The notes: a model not told the origin generated them from the letters alone. A DNA stretch of 64,000 nucleotides from Clostridiales bacterium (GCA_029010495.1 JAQXKO010000012.1:9067-73066), one strand, 5' to 3'. Shown: positions 27,533-38,418, counted from the stretch's first letter. Numbers and translations are program-made.

Positions 27533-27985
27533 ATGAAATCGGATAGACATAATCTGATAATGAATATTATTGAGAATAACAGTATTGAAACACAGGATGA
27601 GCTTTGTGCACGTCTTAAGGAAGCAGGGTATAATGTGACCCAGGCTACCGTTTCAAGAGATATTCGGGAGCTTAAGCTGACAAAGGTGGTCGGACCGGAC
27701 GGAAGACAGATTTATGCCGGCTACCACAAAAATGTTACCAGTCAGGCCGACAGCAGACGTCATAAAAGATTGTTTAAGGATGCTGTTAAAAAGGTTGATG
27801 TGGCTGTGAATCTGCTTGTAATAAAGACAAATGAGGGTATGGCGCCGGCAGTCGGGGCCGCCATCGACGCACTCGGAATACCGGGTATGGTTGGATGTAT
27901 TGCGGGTGATGATACAATTATGTGTGCCATGCATTCTTACGAAGAGGCTGTTTCGGCAATGGACTTTATTGAAAGAATGCTTTAA
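27533..27985 (+). CDS. argR: Arginine repressor
   Basis: Winged-helix N-terminus QDELCARLKEAGYNVTQATVSRDIRELKL and C-terminal GCIAGDDT. Confidence 0.9.
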   Translation: MKSDRHNLIMNIIENNSIETQDELCARLKEAGYNVTQATVSRDIRELKLTKVVGPDGRQIYAGYHKNVTSQADSRRHKRLFKDAVKKVDVAVNLLVIKTNEGMAPAVGAAIDALGIPGMVGCIAGDDTIMCAMHSYEEAVSAMDFIERML

Positions 27986-28012
27986 AAATTATATTTATAC
28001 GGAGGGACAAAA

Positions 28013-28747
28013 ATGTCTGGACATTCAAAATTTGCTAATATTAAGCATAAGAAAGAAAAAAATGATGCGGCAAAGGGCAAGATTTTCACACGAATCGGTC
28101 GTGAAATTGCAGTTGCGGTAAAGGAAGGCGGAGCCGATCCGAACAATAATTCCAAGCTTAAGGATGTTATTGCAAAGGCAAAGGCTAATAATATGCCTAA
28201 TGATACAATTGACAGAAGCATTAAAAAGGCAGCCGGTGATGCAAATTCGGTAAATTATGAGTTCGTTTCATATGAAGGCTACGGTCCTAAGGGAACTGCT
28301 ATCATTGTAGAGGCATTGACAGATAACAAAAATCGTACGGCTTCAAATATCAGGAATGCATTTACAAAGGGTCAGGGAAGCATAGGTACACAGGGCTGCG
28401 TATCCTTTATGTTTGATGAGAAGGGACTTATCTTAATTGATAAGGAAGAGTGCAGCATGGAGGCTGACGACTTAATGATGATAGCTCTTGATGCAGGAGC
28501 AGAGGATTTTGCTGATGAAGAGGACTGCTATGAAATATATACTGCTCCGGACGATTTCTCTGCCGTAAGAGCGTCACTTGAGGATGCCGGGATTGCCATG
28601 GTGGAGGCTGAGGTTACAATGATTCCACAGACATACACAAAGCTTACGGATGAACAGGATATTAAGAATTTTCACAGGACAATGGATCTTCTTGATGAGG
28701 ATGATGACGTTCAGAATGTATATCACAATGTCGAAGAAGAGGATTAA
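28013..28747 (+). CDS. yebC: YebC/PmpR-family DNA-binding regulator
   Basis: MSGHSKFANIKHKKEKNDAAKGKIFT is the canonical N-terminus. Confidence 0.9.
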   Translation: MSGHSKFANIKHKKEKNDAAKGKIFTRIGREIAVAVKEGGADPNNNSKLKDVIAKAKANNMPNDTIDRSIKKAAGDANSVNYEFVSYEGYGPKGTAIIVEALTDNKNRTASNIRNAFTKGQGSIGTQGCVSFMFDEKGLILIDKEECSMEADDLMMIALDAGAEDFADEEDCYEIYTAPDDFSAVRASLEDAGIAMVEAEVTMIPQTYTKLTDEQDIKNFHRTMDLLDEDDDVQNVYHNVEEED

Positions 28748-28861
28748 TTAATACCTCAAATAAATATGTTTTACATAGGATTGTTTGTTTTCGGCATATT
28801 TTTTATGATGGAATTAAGTAATGCTTTGTAAAAAATATGTCAGGTTTGCAAGAGGATAAAT

Positions 28862-29530
28862 ATGAATGAAATAACTATGCCGGCTAAGCTCCCGGCAAAA
28901 GTAATGGAAATGTTTAAGAAAAGCTTCAAAAACTATGAAGAGCTTATGGCATATTACAGCTGTGCAATCATGGAAATTGAGACAAAGTTTAATGTGCTTA
29001 ATAAACAGTTTTCATTGACACAGGAATATAATCCGATTGAGACAATTAAGTCGCGTTTAAAGTCACCTGAAAGCATTTTGGAAAAAATGCAGAGAAAAGG
29101 GTATCCGATGTCTGCCGAATCCATTGAGATGAATATGCATGATGTGGCAGGCATAAGAGTAATATGTCCATTTATCAGTGATATTTATATGCTTGCCGAT
29201 TGTCTTCTGAAGCAGGATGACGTGTATCTCATAGAAAAAAAGGATTATATTGAAAAACCGAAGGAAAACGGCTACAGAAGCCTTCATCTGATAGTGGAGA
29301 CACCTATTTTTTTGAAAAATGAAAAGAAAATGATGAAGGTTGAGGTTCAGCTGCGTACAATTGCAATGGATTTCTGGGCTTCTCTTGAGCACAGAATGAG
29401 CTATAAAAAACAGATATCTCCTGTTCTTGTGAAAGAACTGAAAAAGGAGCTTAAGGAGTGTGCCGACATCAGCGCGGCACAGGACAAACGAATGCAGCTT
29501 GTCCGTGATAAGATTAACAGCGAATACTGA
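28862..29530 (+). CDS. Small alarmone synthetase (RelQ/RelP-type GTP pyrophosphokinase)
   Basis: RelA/SpoT synthetase motifs DVAGIRVICPF, GYRSLHLIV and EVQLRTIAMDFWASLEH. 222 aa, with no hydrolase domain. Confidence 0.85.
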   Translation: MNEITMPAKLPAKVMEMFKKSFKNYEELMAYYSCAIMEIETKFNVLNKQFSLTQEYNPIETIKSRLKSPESILEKMQRKGYPMSAESIEMNMHDVAGIRVICPFISDIYMLADCLLKQDDVYLIEKKDYIEKPKENGYRSLHLIVETPIFLKNEKKMMKVEVQLRTIAMDFWASLEHRMSYKKQISPVLVKELKKELKECADISAAQDKRMQLVRDKINSEY

Positions 29531-29575
29531 TTATTATTGTTCTGACATAATACGTAAGTGATTGGAGAGAAGAAG

Positions 29576-31255
29576 ATGTTAAATAGTCTTCATGTTAAAA
29601 ATTTTGCGATTATTGATGAGGTATGGATTGATTTAAAAAAAGGCTTTAATGTTCTGTCCGGTGAGACCGGAGCAGGAAAATCCATATTGATAGGCTCTGT
29701 ACTTGCTGCACTCGGAGGCAGATTCAGTAAGGATATGCTTGGCAGCAGAGGTGATTATTCATTGGTTGAGCTTGAATTTGAGTCGGACAATGAGGAAATA
29801 AAAAAACTTTTATCAGACAATGACCTTGAGGTGTCTGATGAGATAATCATTTCCAGGAGAATTTCCGAAAGCGGACGCAGCGTATGTCGAATTAACGGTG
29901 AAACAGTATCTGCTTCATTACTTAAAAGTATTGCGGGGAAGCTTATAGATGTGTTTGGGCAACATGAGCATCATTCACTTCTGTCAAAGCCGTCCCACCG
30001 GAGGATTGTTGACGGTTTTTCCGAAGAGATAATGAAGCTTCTGCCTGAGGTGGCAAATGCCTATAAAGAATATGATATAGCGGCCGGAAAATATCATGAT
30101 GCATCTGTCTCGGGGAAAATGTCGGAACGTGAACTGGATTTGTTGAAATATGAGCTTCAGGAAATTGAAGCGACTGCCTTAAAGCCCGGAGAGGATGATA
30201 TTTTGGAAGAAAGGTTCCGCGTTCTGTCCAGTGCGGAAAAACTTCAGAATGCGCTGTCAGGAGCACTTACAAAGCTTTGTGACGGCTATGGAAGTGCTGA
30301 AGTGCAGCTTTGTGACAGTATAAAGGCGCTTTCAAAGGTAACGGGAATTGATGGCAATATTGACGATATCAGTAACAGACTTGATATATTGTCAGCGGAA
30401 TTATCCGGTATTGCTTCCGAGCTTAGGGATTATGAGGCGGAGCTGTCCGAATCAGGCATGGAATTTGAAGAGGTTTCGGCGAGGCTTGATATAATTAACA
30501 GATTGAAGTCAAAATACGGCAGGCGGATTGAAGATATTCTTGAGTATGCTGAAAATGTAGCGGCAAGAATTGAAAAAAATGATGATTACGAGCTTTATCT
30601 TGAAAATCTCTTAAAGGAAAAGAATTTTAAATATGAGAAGCTGTGCGAATTGTCCGAGAAGCTTTCTGAGCTCAGAAAATCGACCGGACTTATTCTTGCT
30701 GACAATATCAGTAAAGCAATGAAGGAGCTGAATTTTGAGCATGCCGTATTTGAGGTAAGAATCGGCAGAAAGGATGCTCCTGATGAGTTTGGCTTCGATG
30801 ATGTGGAATTTTACCTCAGTACAAATGTCGGTGAAGCATCGAAGAGTATACTCAGCTGTGCAAGCGGCGGTGAGCTGAGCCGGATTATGCTCGCCATAAA
30901 GTCGGTTATCGCTGACGGCGGAAGTATAAATACACTTATTTTTGATGAAATAGATGTTGGCATTAGTGGTCGGACGGCACAGAAGGTGGCAGAAAAGATT
31001 GCCAGACTTTCACGCAGCTCACAGATAATATGTATTACTCATCTGCCTCAGCTTGCGGCAATGGCTGATATGCATTTTCTTATTGAAAAGCATAATGACG
31101 GAGAAAAGACTTCGACTGATATTCATCCGCTTTATGATGAGGATATAATCAAAGAACTCGGAAGAATGCTTTCTGGCGCATTGGTGACAAGCAGTGTTCT
31201 TGAAAATGCCAGAGAGATGAAACAGCTTGCAACCGATTATAAGAATAACTTATAA
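29576..31255 (+). CDS. recN: DNA repair protein RecN
   Basis: ATG 29576 after GGAGAGAAG. Walker A GETGAGKS, long coiled coil, and C-terminal SGGELSRIMLA / LIFDEIDVGISG. Confidence 0.9.
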   Translation: MLNSLHVKNFAIIDEVWIDLKKGFNVLSGETGAGKSILIGSVLAALGGRFSKDMLGSRGDYSLVELEFESDNEEIKKLLSDNDLEVSDEIIISRRISESGRSVCRINGETVSASLLKSIAGKLIDVFGQHEHHSLLSKPSHRRIVDGFSEEIMKLLPEVANAYKEYDIAAGKYHDASVSGKMSERELDLLKYELQEIEATALKPGEDDILEERFRVLSSAEKLQNALSGALTKLCDGYGSAEVQLCDSIKALSKVTGIDGNIDDISNRLDILSAELSGIASELRDYEAELSESGMEFEEVSARLDIINRLKSKYGRRIEDILEYAENVAARIEKNDDYELYLENLLKEKNFKYEKLCELSEKLSELRKSTGLILADNISKAMKELNFEHAVFEVRIGRKDAPDEFGFDDVEFYLSTNVGEASKSILSCASGGELSRIMLAIKSVIADGGSINTLIFDEIDVGISGRTAQKVAEKIARLSRSSQIICITHLPQLAAMADMHFLIEKHNDGEKTSTDIHPLYDEDIIKELGRMLSGALVTSSVLENAREMKQLATDYKNNL

Positions 31256-31365
31256 TTATTGCCGCAGAATGGTTTGTTAATTAAGTTTTTTCAAGATGAT
31301 TTATTTTATATAATTAACTAAATCAGATGATAAATTTAAAATAATAAACTTAACAAGATTATGCT

Positions 31366-31395
31366 GAATAATTAGTTTGTAAAAAGGAAACACTA
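31366..31395 (+). promoter_or_regulatory. Candidate forespore-type (sigmaF/sigmaG-like) promoter of spoIVB
   Basis: GAATA - 15 nt - GGAAACACTA. This resembles my remembered sigmaF-type -35 GYATA/GHATR and -10 GGnnAnAHTR. The -10 overlaps the 5' arm of the recN terminator. Confidence 0.25.
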
Positions 31396-31423
31396 GTCTA
31401 AAAATTCGGACTGGTGTTTTTTT
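31390..31423 (+). terminator. Rho-independent terminator after recN, abutting the spoIVB start codon
   Basis: Stem acactagtc / gactggtgt (one G-U pair) followed by T7. The ATG of spoIVB follows directly. Confidence 0.7.
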
Positions 31424-32686
31424 ATGAATAATTATAAAAGATTTTTAAAATATTCCATAATTGTAATGATTTCACTTCTGATTTTCTGGCTGGGCTGCAG
31501 TATATTAAGTGACAGACCTGACAGATATGTGCTTACGGTGGGAGAAAGGACAAGTATAGAATTCGACCTGCCTTATTCGATAAAATCAGACGGCAATATT
31601 TTTATTACAAAGGAGGGAAGGACGGCGCATGCAAGCGTAGACAGCGCCGTTGTGGTTGAAGGAGATGCTTTGGGAAGCTATGAAGCGGATATGTTTCTTT
31701 TTGGTTTCATTCCTGCCGGCAGGGTTAAGATTGATATAGTTGATAAAAATATGCTTTATGCGGGAGGTAACATACTCGGCCTGAAATTTGATACTGAGGG
31801 AGCTCTTGTAGTCGGACTTAAGGATGTTAACTCAGATAAAATCAATTCATGTCCTGCCAGAGGCGTTCTTCACATAGGTGATTATATAATAATGGCAGGA
31901 GGCATAAAGGTAAAGGAGAAAGAACAGCTTGTAAGCTTAATTGAAAAAAACGGTACTCATCCCATGTCTTTTGTCGTTAAGAGAGGAAATGAATATATCG
32001 ATTTAAATATTACTCCTGAAAAGGGTGATGATAATAAACCCAGAATAGGGGCGATGATAAGGGATGATATGGCAGGTGTGGGAACACTCAGCTTCATAAA
32101 TCCTGCAGGGGAAACGTTCGGAATGCTCGGACACGGAATATATGATGTTGATACTAAAGAAATTGTCGACTTTTCCGAGGCATCTGCATATCTGGCCAGG
32201 ACAGTCAGTATCAAAAAAGGCACTAAAAATAATGTCGGTGAGATTGCCGGTGCGATTAATCTGTCGAAGAATGAGTGCGTGGGTAAAATTACGGCCAATA
32301 CTAATCTGGGTGTTTTTGGCGAAATATCAAATATGACATATGCATTGTCAATGCTTAAGCTTTCCGAAAACGATCTTTATGAAATAGGACATTCTTCAAT
32401 GATAAAAAAGGGCAATGCGTATATAATCAGTGCTGCATTGGGAGAAAGAAAAAAATACGATGTTGAAATAACCGAAATTAATTATAACAGAAGAAATAAG
32501 GAAAAATCCCTGAAGCTGACTGTTACGGATAAAAGTCTGATAAAGAAAACAGGAGGCATTATTCAGGGCATGAGCGGAAGTCCAATTATACAGGAAGGAA
32601 AAATAATCGGGGTTGTTACCCATGTTTCTGTAGAAAATCCCAAGATTGGTTACGGAATATTTATAGATGATATGTTGAATTATTAA
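31424..32686 (+). CDS. spoIVB: SpoIVB signalling serine peptidase (S55) with PDZ domain
   Basis: N-terminal TM segment, a PDZ-like region (GDYIIMAGGIKV), and a peptidase S55 region (GTLSFINP..GMLGHGI, GMSGSPIIQEGKIIGVVTHV). An in-frame stop at 31394 excludes any earlier start. Confidence 0.85.
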   Translation: MNNYKRFLKYSIIVMISLLIFWLGCSILSDRPDRYVLTVGERTSIEFDLPYSIKSDGNIFITKEGRTAHASVDSAVVVEGDALGSYEADMFLFGFIPAGRVKIDIVDKNMLYAGGNILGLKFDTEGALVVGLKDVNSDKINSCPARGVLHIGDYIIMAGGIKVKEKEQLVSLIEKNGTHPMSFVVKRGNEYIDLNITPEKGDDNKPRIGAMIRDDMAGVGTLSFINPAGETFGMLGHGIYDVDTKEIVDFSEASAYLARTVSIKKGTKNNVGEIAGAINLSKNECVGKITANTNLGVFGEISNMTYALSMLKLSENDLYEIGHSSMIKKGNAYIISAALGERKKYDVEITEINYNRRNKEKSLKLTVTDKSLIKKTGGIIQGMSGSPIIQEGKIIGVVTHVSVENPKIGYGIFIDDMLNY

Positions 32687-32820
32687 ACATGCTATACTTT
32701 TGTGACTTTTGAAAGTAAAAAAAATAAAAAGAGTGATTTTGGTAATTGAATATGGCTTCTTAATTAAGTATTATTATGTCACAAGATATCGGCCGATACA
32801 AATAATTAAGGAGAGTAATT

Positions 32821-33615
32821 ATGAGTAAAACCAAAATATTATTAGTTGACGATACAAAAAGAGTGATTAATACACTTAAGGATATTATTTCGAAGGATAA
32901 TGAATTTGAGGTTGTTGGCAGTGCTGAAAACGGTGAGGAAGGTCTTGAATTAATAAAGAAGCTTCAGCCCGATATTGTTTTACTTGATTTAATAATGCCA
33001 AAGCTTGACGGACTTGGTGTTATGGAACATCTTCAAAGAGATGAGGATGTTGAGAAAAGACCCGATATTATAGTTGTGAGCGCCATCTCGCAGACAAGGG
33101 TTATGGAAAGTGCTTTTGAACTCGGAGCAAAGTATTATATTTTAAAGCCGTTTGATGAATCCATTATTTTGTCAAGAATCCGTCAGATAAGAGGGCTAAG
33201 CTGCATGAAGGGGACATCCCTCCTGCCTGAAAAAGACATAAAGAAGGATGTCCGTGAAAGAGATCTTGAAACGGATGTAACCAACATTATTCATGAAATA
33301 GGAGTTCCTGCCCACATAAAGGGCTATCAGTATCTGCGGGAAGCCATTATGCTTTCCGTAAATGATGCGGACATGCTTTCAGCTGTGACAAAACAGCTGT
33401 ATCCCTCGATTGCCAAGACTAATCATACTACGCCATCCAGAGTGGAAAGAGCCATAAGACATGCAATTGAGGTGGCATGGTCCAGAGGAAAGCTTGAGAC
33501 AATTAACGACCTGTTCGGATATACCATCAACGGTGGCAAAGGTAAACCTACAAATTCAGAGTTTGTTGCCTTAATTGCCGACAAAATCAGACTGGAATAT
33601 AAGTTTAGAATATAA
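32821..33615 (+). CDS. spo0A: Sporulation master regulator Spo0A
   Basis: Receiver domain (LLVDD...[14 protein letters not shown]) plus the Spo0A-specific effector domain ([37 protein letters not shown]). Confidence 0.95.
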   Translation: MSKTKILLVDDTKRVINTLKDIISKDNEFEVVGSAENGEEGLELIKKLQPDIVLLDLIMPKLDGLGVMEHLQRDEDVEKRPDIIVVSAISQTRVMESAFELGAKYYILKPFDESIILSRIRQIRGLSCMKGTSLLPEKDIKKDVRERDLETDVTNIIHEIGVPAHIKGYQYLREAIMLSVNDADMLSAVTKQLYPSIAKTNHTTPSRVERAIRHAIEVAWSRGKLETINDLFGYTINGGKGKPTNSEFVALIADKIRLEYKFRI

Positions 33616-33649
33616 TAATAATTTTTCTTTAACAAATTATAAATATGGT

Positions 33650-33677
33650 TTGAATTTATCGTATTTTGTGCTATAAT
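33650..33677 (+). promoter_or_regulatory. Candidate sigmaA promoter (extended -10) for glgA
   Basis: TTGAAT - 16 nt - TATAAT, preceded by TGc. Confidence 0.45.
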
Positions 33678-33723
33678 CGTATTATAAAAAGTCGGGGTGC
33701 TTTATGCCTTTACAGGAGGATGT

Positions 33724-35160
33724 ATGAAAAAAATATTATTTGTAGCATCAGAATGCGTACCATTTATTAAAACCGGCGGTCTTGCCGATGTTGTCGGTGC
33801 ACTGCCAAAGTATTGTAACAAAGAAGAGTTTGACATCAGGGTTATTATTCCGAACTATCAGTGTATTCCTCAGAAATATAAGGAACAGATGAAATATAAA
33901 ACACATTTCTATATGAATCTTGCATGGCGAACACAGTATGTAGGTATTCTTGAAACAGAATATGACGGGATAAAATTTTATTTTGTAGATAATGAATTTT
34001 ATTTTGCAGGAGCAAAGCCATACGGCGAAATATATCAGGACATTGAGAAATTTGCTTTCTTCTCAAAGGCTGTATTATCGGCACTTCCTACCATAGATTT
34101 CAGACCTGACATTATTCATTGTCATGACTGGCAGACCGGACTTATACCGGTAATGATTCATGATGCGTTCCAGAATAATCAGTTTTATCGCGGAATTAAG
34201 ACAATTATGACAATTCATAATCTTAAATTCCAGGGCATCTGGGATAAGAAGACCATTATGGACATTACGGGTCTTCCTCCGTATTACTTCACTCCGGACA
34301 AGCTTGAAGCATATGGTGACGCCAATTACTTAAAGGGCGGAATCGTATATGCGGATATGGTTACTACGGTAAGTAATACATATGCCGATGAAATAAAGAC
34401 TCCGTTCTACGGTGAAGGTCTTGACGGACTTATGAACGCAAAGAGCGGAAGACTCAGAGGTATTGTAAACGGTCTTGATTATAATGAATGGAATCCTGAA
34501 ACCGACAAATACATATATCAGAATTACAACCAGATTAATTTCCGAAAGGAAAAGGTTAAAAACAAGGTTGCACTTCAGAAGGAGCTTGGACTCAGAGTTG
34601 ATGAAAAGGTTTTCACAATAGGTATAGTTTCCAGACTTACGGATCAGAAGGGTCTTGACCTTGTGGATTACGTAATTGAAGAAATATGTGCTCCCGATAC
34701 ACAGTTTATCGTACTCGGTACGGGTGATCCGAAGTATGAAAACCTGTTCAGACATTTTGAATGGAAATATAAGGACAGAGTTTCTGCTAATATTTACTAC
34801 AACAATGAACGCTCCCATAAGATTTATGCGGCATGTGATGCATACCTTATGCCTTCATTATTTGAACCATGCGGTCTTTCACAGCTTATGAGTCTTCGTT
34901 ACGGTACTGTTCCGATTGTTCGTGAAACAGGCGGTTTGAAGGATACTGTTGAACCATATAACGAGTATGAAAATACCGGTACGGGCTTCAGCTTCAGAAA
35001 TTACAATGCTCACGAAATGCTCAATGCAATCCGTTATGCCAAGGATGTATATTATAACAGAAAGCGCGAATGGAACAAGATTGTTGACAGAGGCATGAAG
35101 AGAGATTTCTCCTGGTGTAATTCAGCAGGACAGTATGAAAACTTATATCGTCAGATGTAA
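33724..35160 (+). CDS. glgA: Glycogen synthase
   Basis: ATG 33724 after AGGAGGA. N-terminus ECVPFIKTGGLADVVGALP. 478 aa. Confidence 0.9.
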   Translation: MKKILFVASECVPFIKTGGLADVVGALPKYCNKEEFDIRVIIPNYQCIPQKYKEQMKYKTHFYMNLAWRTQYVGILETEYDGIKFYFVDNEFYFAGAKPYGEIYQDIEKFAFFSKAVLSALPTIDFRPDIIHCHDWQTGLIPVMIHDAFQNNQFYRGIKTIMTIHNLKFQGIWDKKTIMDITGLPPYYFTPDKLEAYGDANYLKGGIVYADMVTTVSNTYADEIKTPFYGEGLDGLMNAKSGRLRGIVNGLDYNEWNPETDKYIYQNYNQINFRKEKVKNKVALQKELGLRVDEKVFTIGIVSRLTDQKGLDLVDYVIEEICAPDTQFIVLGTGDPKYENLFRHFEWKYKDRVSANIYYNNERSHKIYAACDAYLMPSLFEPCGLSQLMSLRYGTVPIVRETGGLKDTVEPYNEYENTGTGFSFRNYNAHEMLNAIRYAKDVYYNRKREWNKIVDRGMKRDFSWCNSAGQYENLYRQM

Positions 35161-35175
35161 TCAGATTATTAGCGG

Positions 35176-35210
35176 ATTCCCACGACATATTATTGCCGTG
35201 GGAATTTGGT
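35176..35210 (+). terminator. Probable terminator after glgA
   Basis: attcccacg / cgtgggaat is a 9-bp perfect stem, but the downstream T tract is weak. Confidence 0.45.
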
Positions 35211-35339
35211 GTGTTTAAAAGTATTTATTATTAGTGTCGAAATTTGACATAAAAGCGCAAAATTCACATATTTTACAATTTTTTTTACGAATTAGTCTCT
35301 GCTGCATATGATATATTAAGGGACGGAAAGAGGCATTAT

Positions 35340-36821
35340 ATGAAACTTTCTAAGCTTTTGGAAAGACTTGAATATGAAATATTGGGCGGAAACCCTGACA
35401 TAGAAATCGACTCACTTGTTTATGATTCGAGAAAGGCCGGACCGGGCAGTGTTTTTGTCTGCATAAACGGTACGGTAACAAACGGTCATAAGTTTATTCC
35501 GAATGTATGCGAGGCGGGATGCAGGGCAATTATTGTCACACAGAGGGTTGATGTTCCTGAAGGTGTTACTGTTGTTAAGGTTAAGGATGACAGAATCGCA
35601 TTGGCATATATGAGCGCGGCTTTTTTTGATTATCCTGCCGAAAAGCTTACGACAATAGGCCTGACAGGTACAAAGGGAAAGACTACTTCAACTTTTATGG
35701 TTTATAAGGTGCTTACGCTTGCGGGTATTAAAACAGGACTTATCGGAACCATTGAATCCATTATTGGTGATGAGCATATTCCGGCAAGTCATTCTACACC
35801 TGAGAGCTATACCATCCAGGAGCTTTTTTCAAAGATGGTAAAGGCAGGAATCAGGGTTGTTGTAATGGAGGTCAGCTCACAGGGACTTAAAATGAACCGT
35901 GTTGCCGGCATCAATTTTGATATAGGTGTATTTACAAATCTTGAGCCGGATCATATCGGCGGCAACGAGCATCCTGATTTTGAAGATTATCTGGATTGTA
36001 AGAGAAGACTGTTTTCAATGTGTAAAACGGGTATTGCAAATAAAGACAGTGAGCATTTCGATGAGATGATGAAGGGCCATACCTGCGAGCTTTACACATT
36101 CGGAACAGACGAGACCTGTGATTACAGAGCGGTTGATATAGAGCTTTGCGGTAAGAAAAACGGAAAAGATAATGAAATGTCCTCTGCAGGAATTAAATAC
36201 AGAGCCGTTGGCAAACGTGAAATGGATGTATATGTAGATATTCCGGGCAGGTTTACTGTATACAATTCCCTTACGGCTCTTGCAATCTGCGATATTCTCG
36301 GCGTGGACAGCGATACCATTTATAAGGGTCTTAGTACCGTTAAGGTTAACGGACGTGTGGAGACTGTTCCCGTATCTGATGATTATACGATTATGGTTGA
36401 TTATGCCCATAATGAAATGTCGCTCAGAAGTGTTCTTATGACACTCCGGGAGTATGAGCCAAAGCGTCTGGTATGTGTATTCGGATGCGGCGGCAACCGT
36501 TCAAAGGAAAGAAGATTTACCATGGGTGCCGTGAGCGGCAAATACAGTGATTTGACGGTTATCACCTCAGATAATCCGAGATATGAAAAGCCTGCTGACA
36601 TAATAGCTGATATTGAGTCTTCAATCAGTAAGGTTGAAGGTGCGAAATATGTAATAATTGAGGACAGATATGAGGCTATAAAATATTGCATAGATAATGC
36701 TCAAAAGGGTGATTTGATTCTCGTGGCAGGTAAGGGTCATGAAAACTATCAGGAAATTGAAGGCGTCAAATATCATATGGATGATAAAGAACTGATACTT
36801 AAGGCTGCCGGAATGATTTAA
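35340..36821 (+). CDS. murE: UDP-MurNAc-L-Ala-D-Glu:meso-diaminopimelate ligase
   Basis: GLTGTKGKTT P-loop and the DNPR motif (TSDNPRYE) typical of DAP-adding MurE. Confidence 0.9.
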   Translation: MKLSKLLERLEYEILGGNPDIEIDSLVYDSRKAGPGSVFVCINGTVTNGHKFIPNVCEAGCRAIIVTQRVDVPEGVTVVKVKDDRIALAYMSAAFFDYPAEKLTTIGLTGTKGKTTSTFMVYKVLTLAGIKTGLIGTIESIIGDEHIPASHSTPESYTIQELFSKMVKAGIRVVVMEVSSQGLKMNRVAGINFDIGVFTNLEPDHIGGNEHPDFEDYLDCKRRLFSMCKTGIANKDSEHFDEMMKGHTCELYTFGTDETCDYRAVDIELCGKKNGKDNEMSSAGIKYRAVGKREMDVYVDIPGRFTVYNSLTALAICDILGVDSDTIYKGLSTVKVNGRVETVPVSDDYTIMVDYAHNEMSLRSVLMTLREYEPKRLVCVFGCGGNRSKERRFTMGAVSGKYSDLTVITSDNPRYEKPADIIADIESSISKVEGAKYVIIEDRYEAIKYCIDNAQKGDLILVAGKGHENYQEIEGVKYHMDDKELILKAAGMI

Positions 36822-36942
36822 AAATATTATATCATTATTTTGAATTATTCAGCATTAACATGTTGAGACCTTCGGCGTCAGCGGAAAGATAATACTATTA
36901 AAGGCAGAAAAGCCGTGAAAAGGAGTAAAATAATATATTAAA

Positions 36943-38391
36943 ATGGGACTATTGACGATAGGTGAAATAGCGGAAATGATGGGGGGAACTGTAATTGACG
37001 GCGACCCGTGTGTGACGATAAGTGATTACAGTTATAATTCCAGAGAAGGTGATTCGGAAACTCTTTTCCTGCCCATAGTAGGTGAGAGGGTTGATGCCCA
37101 TGATTTCATTAAGGATGCACTGGCACATGGAATGATTGCCACCGTTACCGAACGTGGCAGGATTGAAGAGGATACGGAGGGCATGACATACATAGCAGTT
37201 AATAATACTGCGGAGGCAATAGCTAATCTCGGCATGCGCTTCAGACGCTGCTTTGATGTTCCTTGTATAGGTATTACCGGCAGTGTGGGCAAAACTACTA
37301 CAAAGGAAATGATTTATGCATCACTGTGCGAGGCTTTCAACACCATAAAAACCGAGGGAAACAAAAACGGTCAGCTTGGGGTACCTGTCATGTGCATGAA
37401 AATGGATGAGGATACGGAATGTCTTGTGCTTGAAATGGGTGTGAGTCTTCCCGGTGAGATGAACAATTTATCACGTATTGCCTCTCCTGATATGGCTGTT
37501 GTAACAAATATAGGCATGTCCCATATCGGTAATTTTATATGCAGGGAAAATACAAGAAAAGAAAAGCTTGCAATAGTTAATGCAATGGATGAAAACGGAG
37601 TACTCCTGTTAAACGGTGAGGATGAGCTTCTGGCTGAGATTCTTCCGGGGTCGCCTAATCAGAAGGATATCGAAGACATTGAATTATACGAAGAGACAAG
37701 AGAAATACTTGGTAAAATAAAGCGTTACAGCTACGGTCTGTGTAAATGGTGCGATTTTTATGCGGAGGATATTGAAGCAGACGAAAACGGCACATCATTT
37801 GTGTTCAGACATGAGGATATAAAGCTTCCGGTAAGGCTTAACGTTACAGGCAGACACAATGTGTTAAATGCTGTAGTTGCACTTGCCTTTGCGACACTTT
37901 TAAAGGTGGATTATTCCCTTGCCGTTAATGGGCTTGCAGAGTACAGACCACTTGCAATGAGAGGTAATATTGAGAAATTATCAAAGGGCATAGTCCTTAT
38001 TGATGATTCCTATAATGCCAGTCCCGATTCTATGAAAAGCGGACTGGAAATACTTGATAATGTAGCCGCTTCAGGCAGGAGAATAGCGGTACTTGCCGAT
38101 ATGCTTGAGCTTGGTGACTATGAGGAGGAATGCCACAGACTGGTAGGCCGGTATGTCGCGAAATCCAAGACAGACATATTGGTTGCAATCGGTAAAGCGG
38201 CACAATACATTGCTGAAGAAGCAAAACAAAATGAAAATACGGAAGTCATATGTTTTGAAACCAGGGAAGAGGCCATGGCTTACATAAAGGAGCTTATTAC
38301 AGAGGGGGATGCCATTTTATTTAAGGGCAGCCGCGGTATGGGTCTTGACAAGCCCGCTGCTGAGATCCGTACAATGTTTACCGAACAATAA
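36943..38391 (+). CDS. murF: UDP-MurNAc-tripeptide:D-Ala-D-Ala ligase
   Basis: GITGSVGKTTTKEM. Position is after murE. Confidence 0.9.
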   Translation: MGLLTIGEIAEMMGGTVIDGDPCVTISDYSYNSREGDSETLFLPIVGERVDAHDFIKDALAHGMIATVTERGRIEEDTEGMTYIAVNNTAEAIANLGMRFRRCFDVPCIGITGSVGKTTTKEMIYASLCEAFNTIKTEGNKNGQLGVPVMCMKMDEDTECLVLEMGVSLPGEMNNLSRIASPDMAVVTNIGMSHIGNFICRENTRKEKLAIVNAMDENGVLLLNGEDELLAEILPGSPNQKDIEDIELYEETREILGKIKRYSYGLCKWCDFYAEDIEADENGTSFVFRHEDIKLPVRLNVTGRHNVLNAVVALAFATLLKVDYSLAVNGLAEYRPLAMRGNIEKLSKGIVLIDDSYNASPDSMKSGLEILDNVAASGRRIAVLADMLELGDYEEECHRLVGRYVAKSKTDILVAIGKAAQYIAEEAKQNENTEVICFETREEAMAYIKELITEGDAILFKGSRGMGLDKPAAEIRTMFTEQ

Positions 38392-38418
38392 TATACCTTA
38401 TGGGGAAAGGAGAGGAAT

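Noticed and set aside
35235-35241. A perfect Spo0A-box heptamer TGTCGAA next to a TTGACA hexamer upstream of murE.
   Set aside because: A 7-mer is expected several times by chance on two strands of 64 kb. There is only a single copy here, with no second box.
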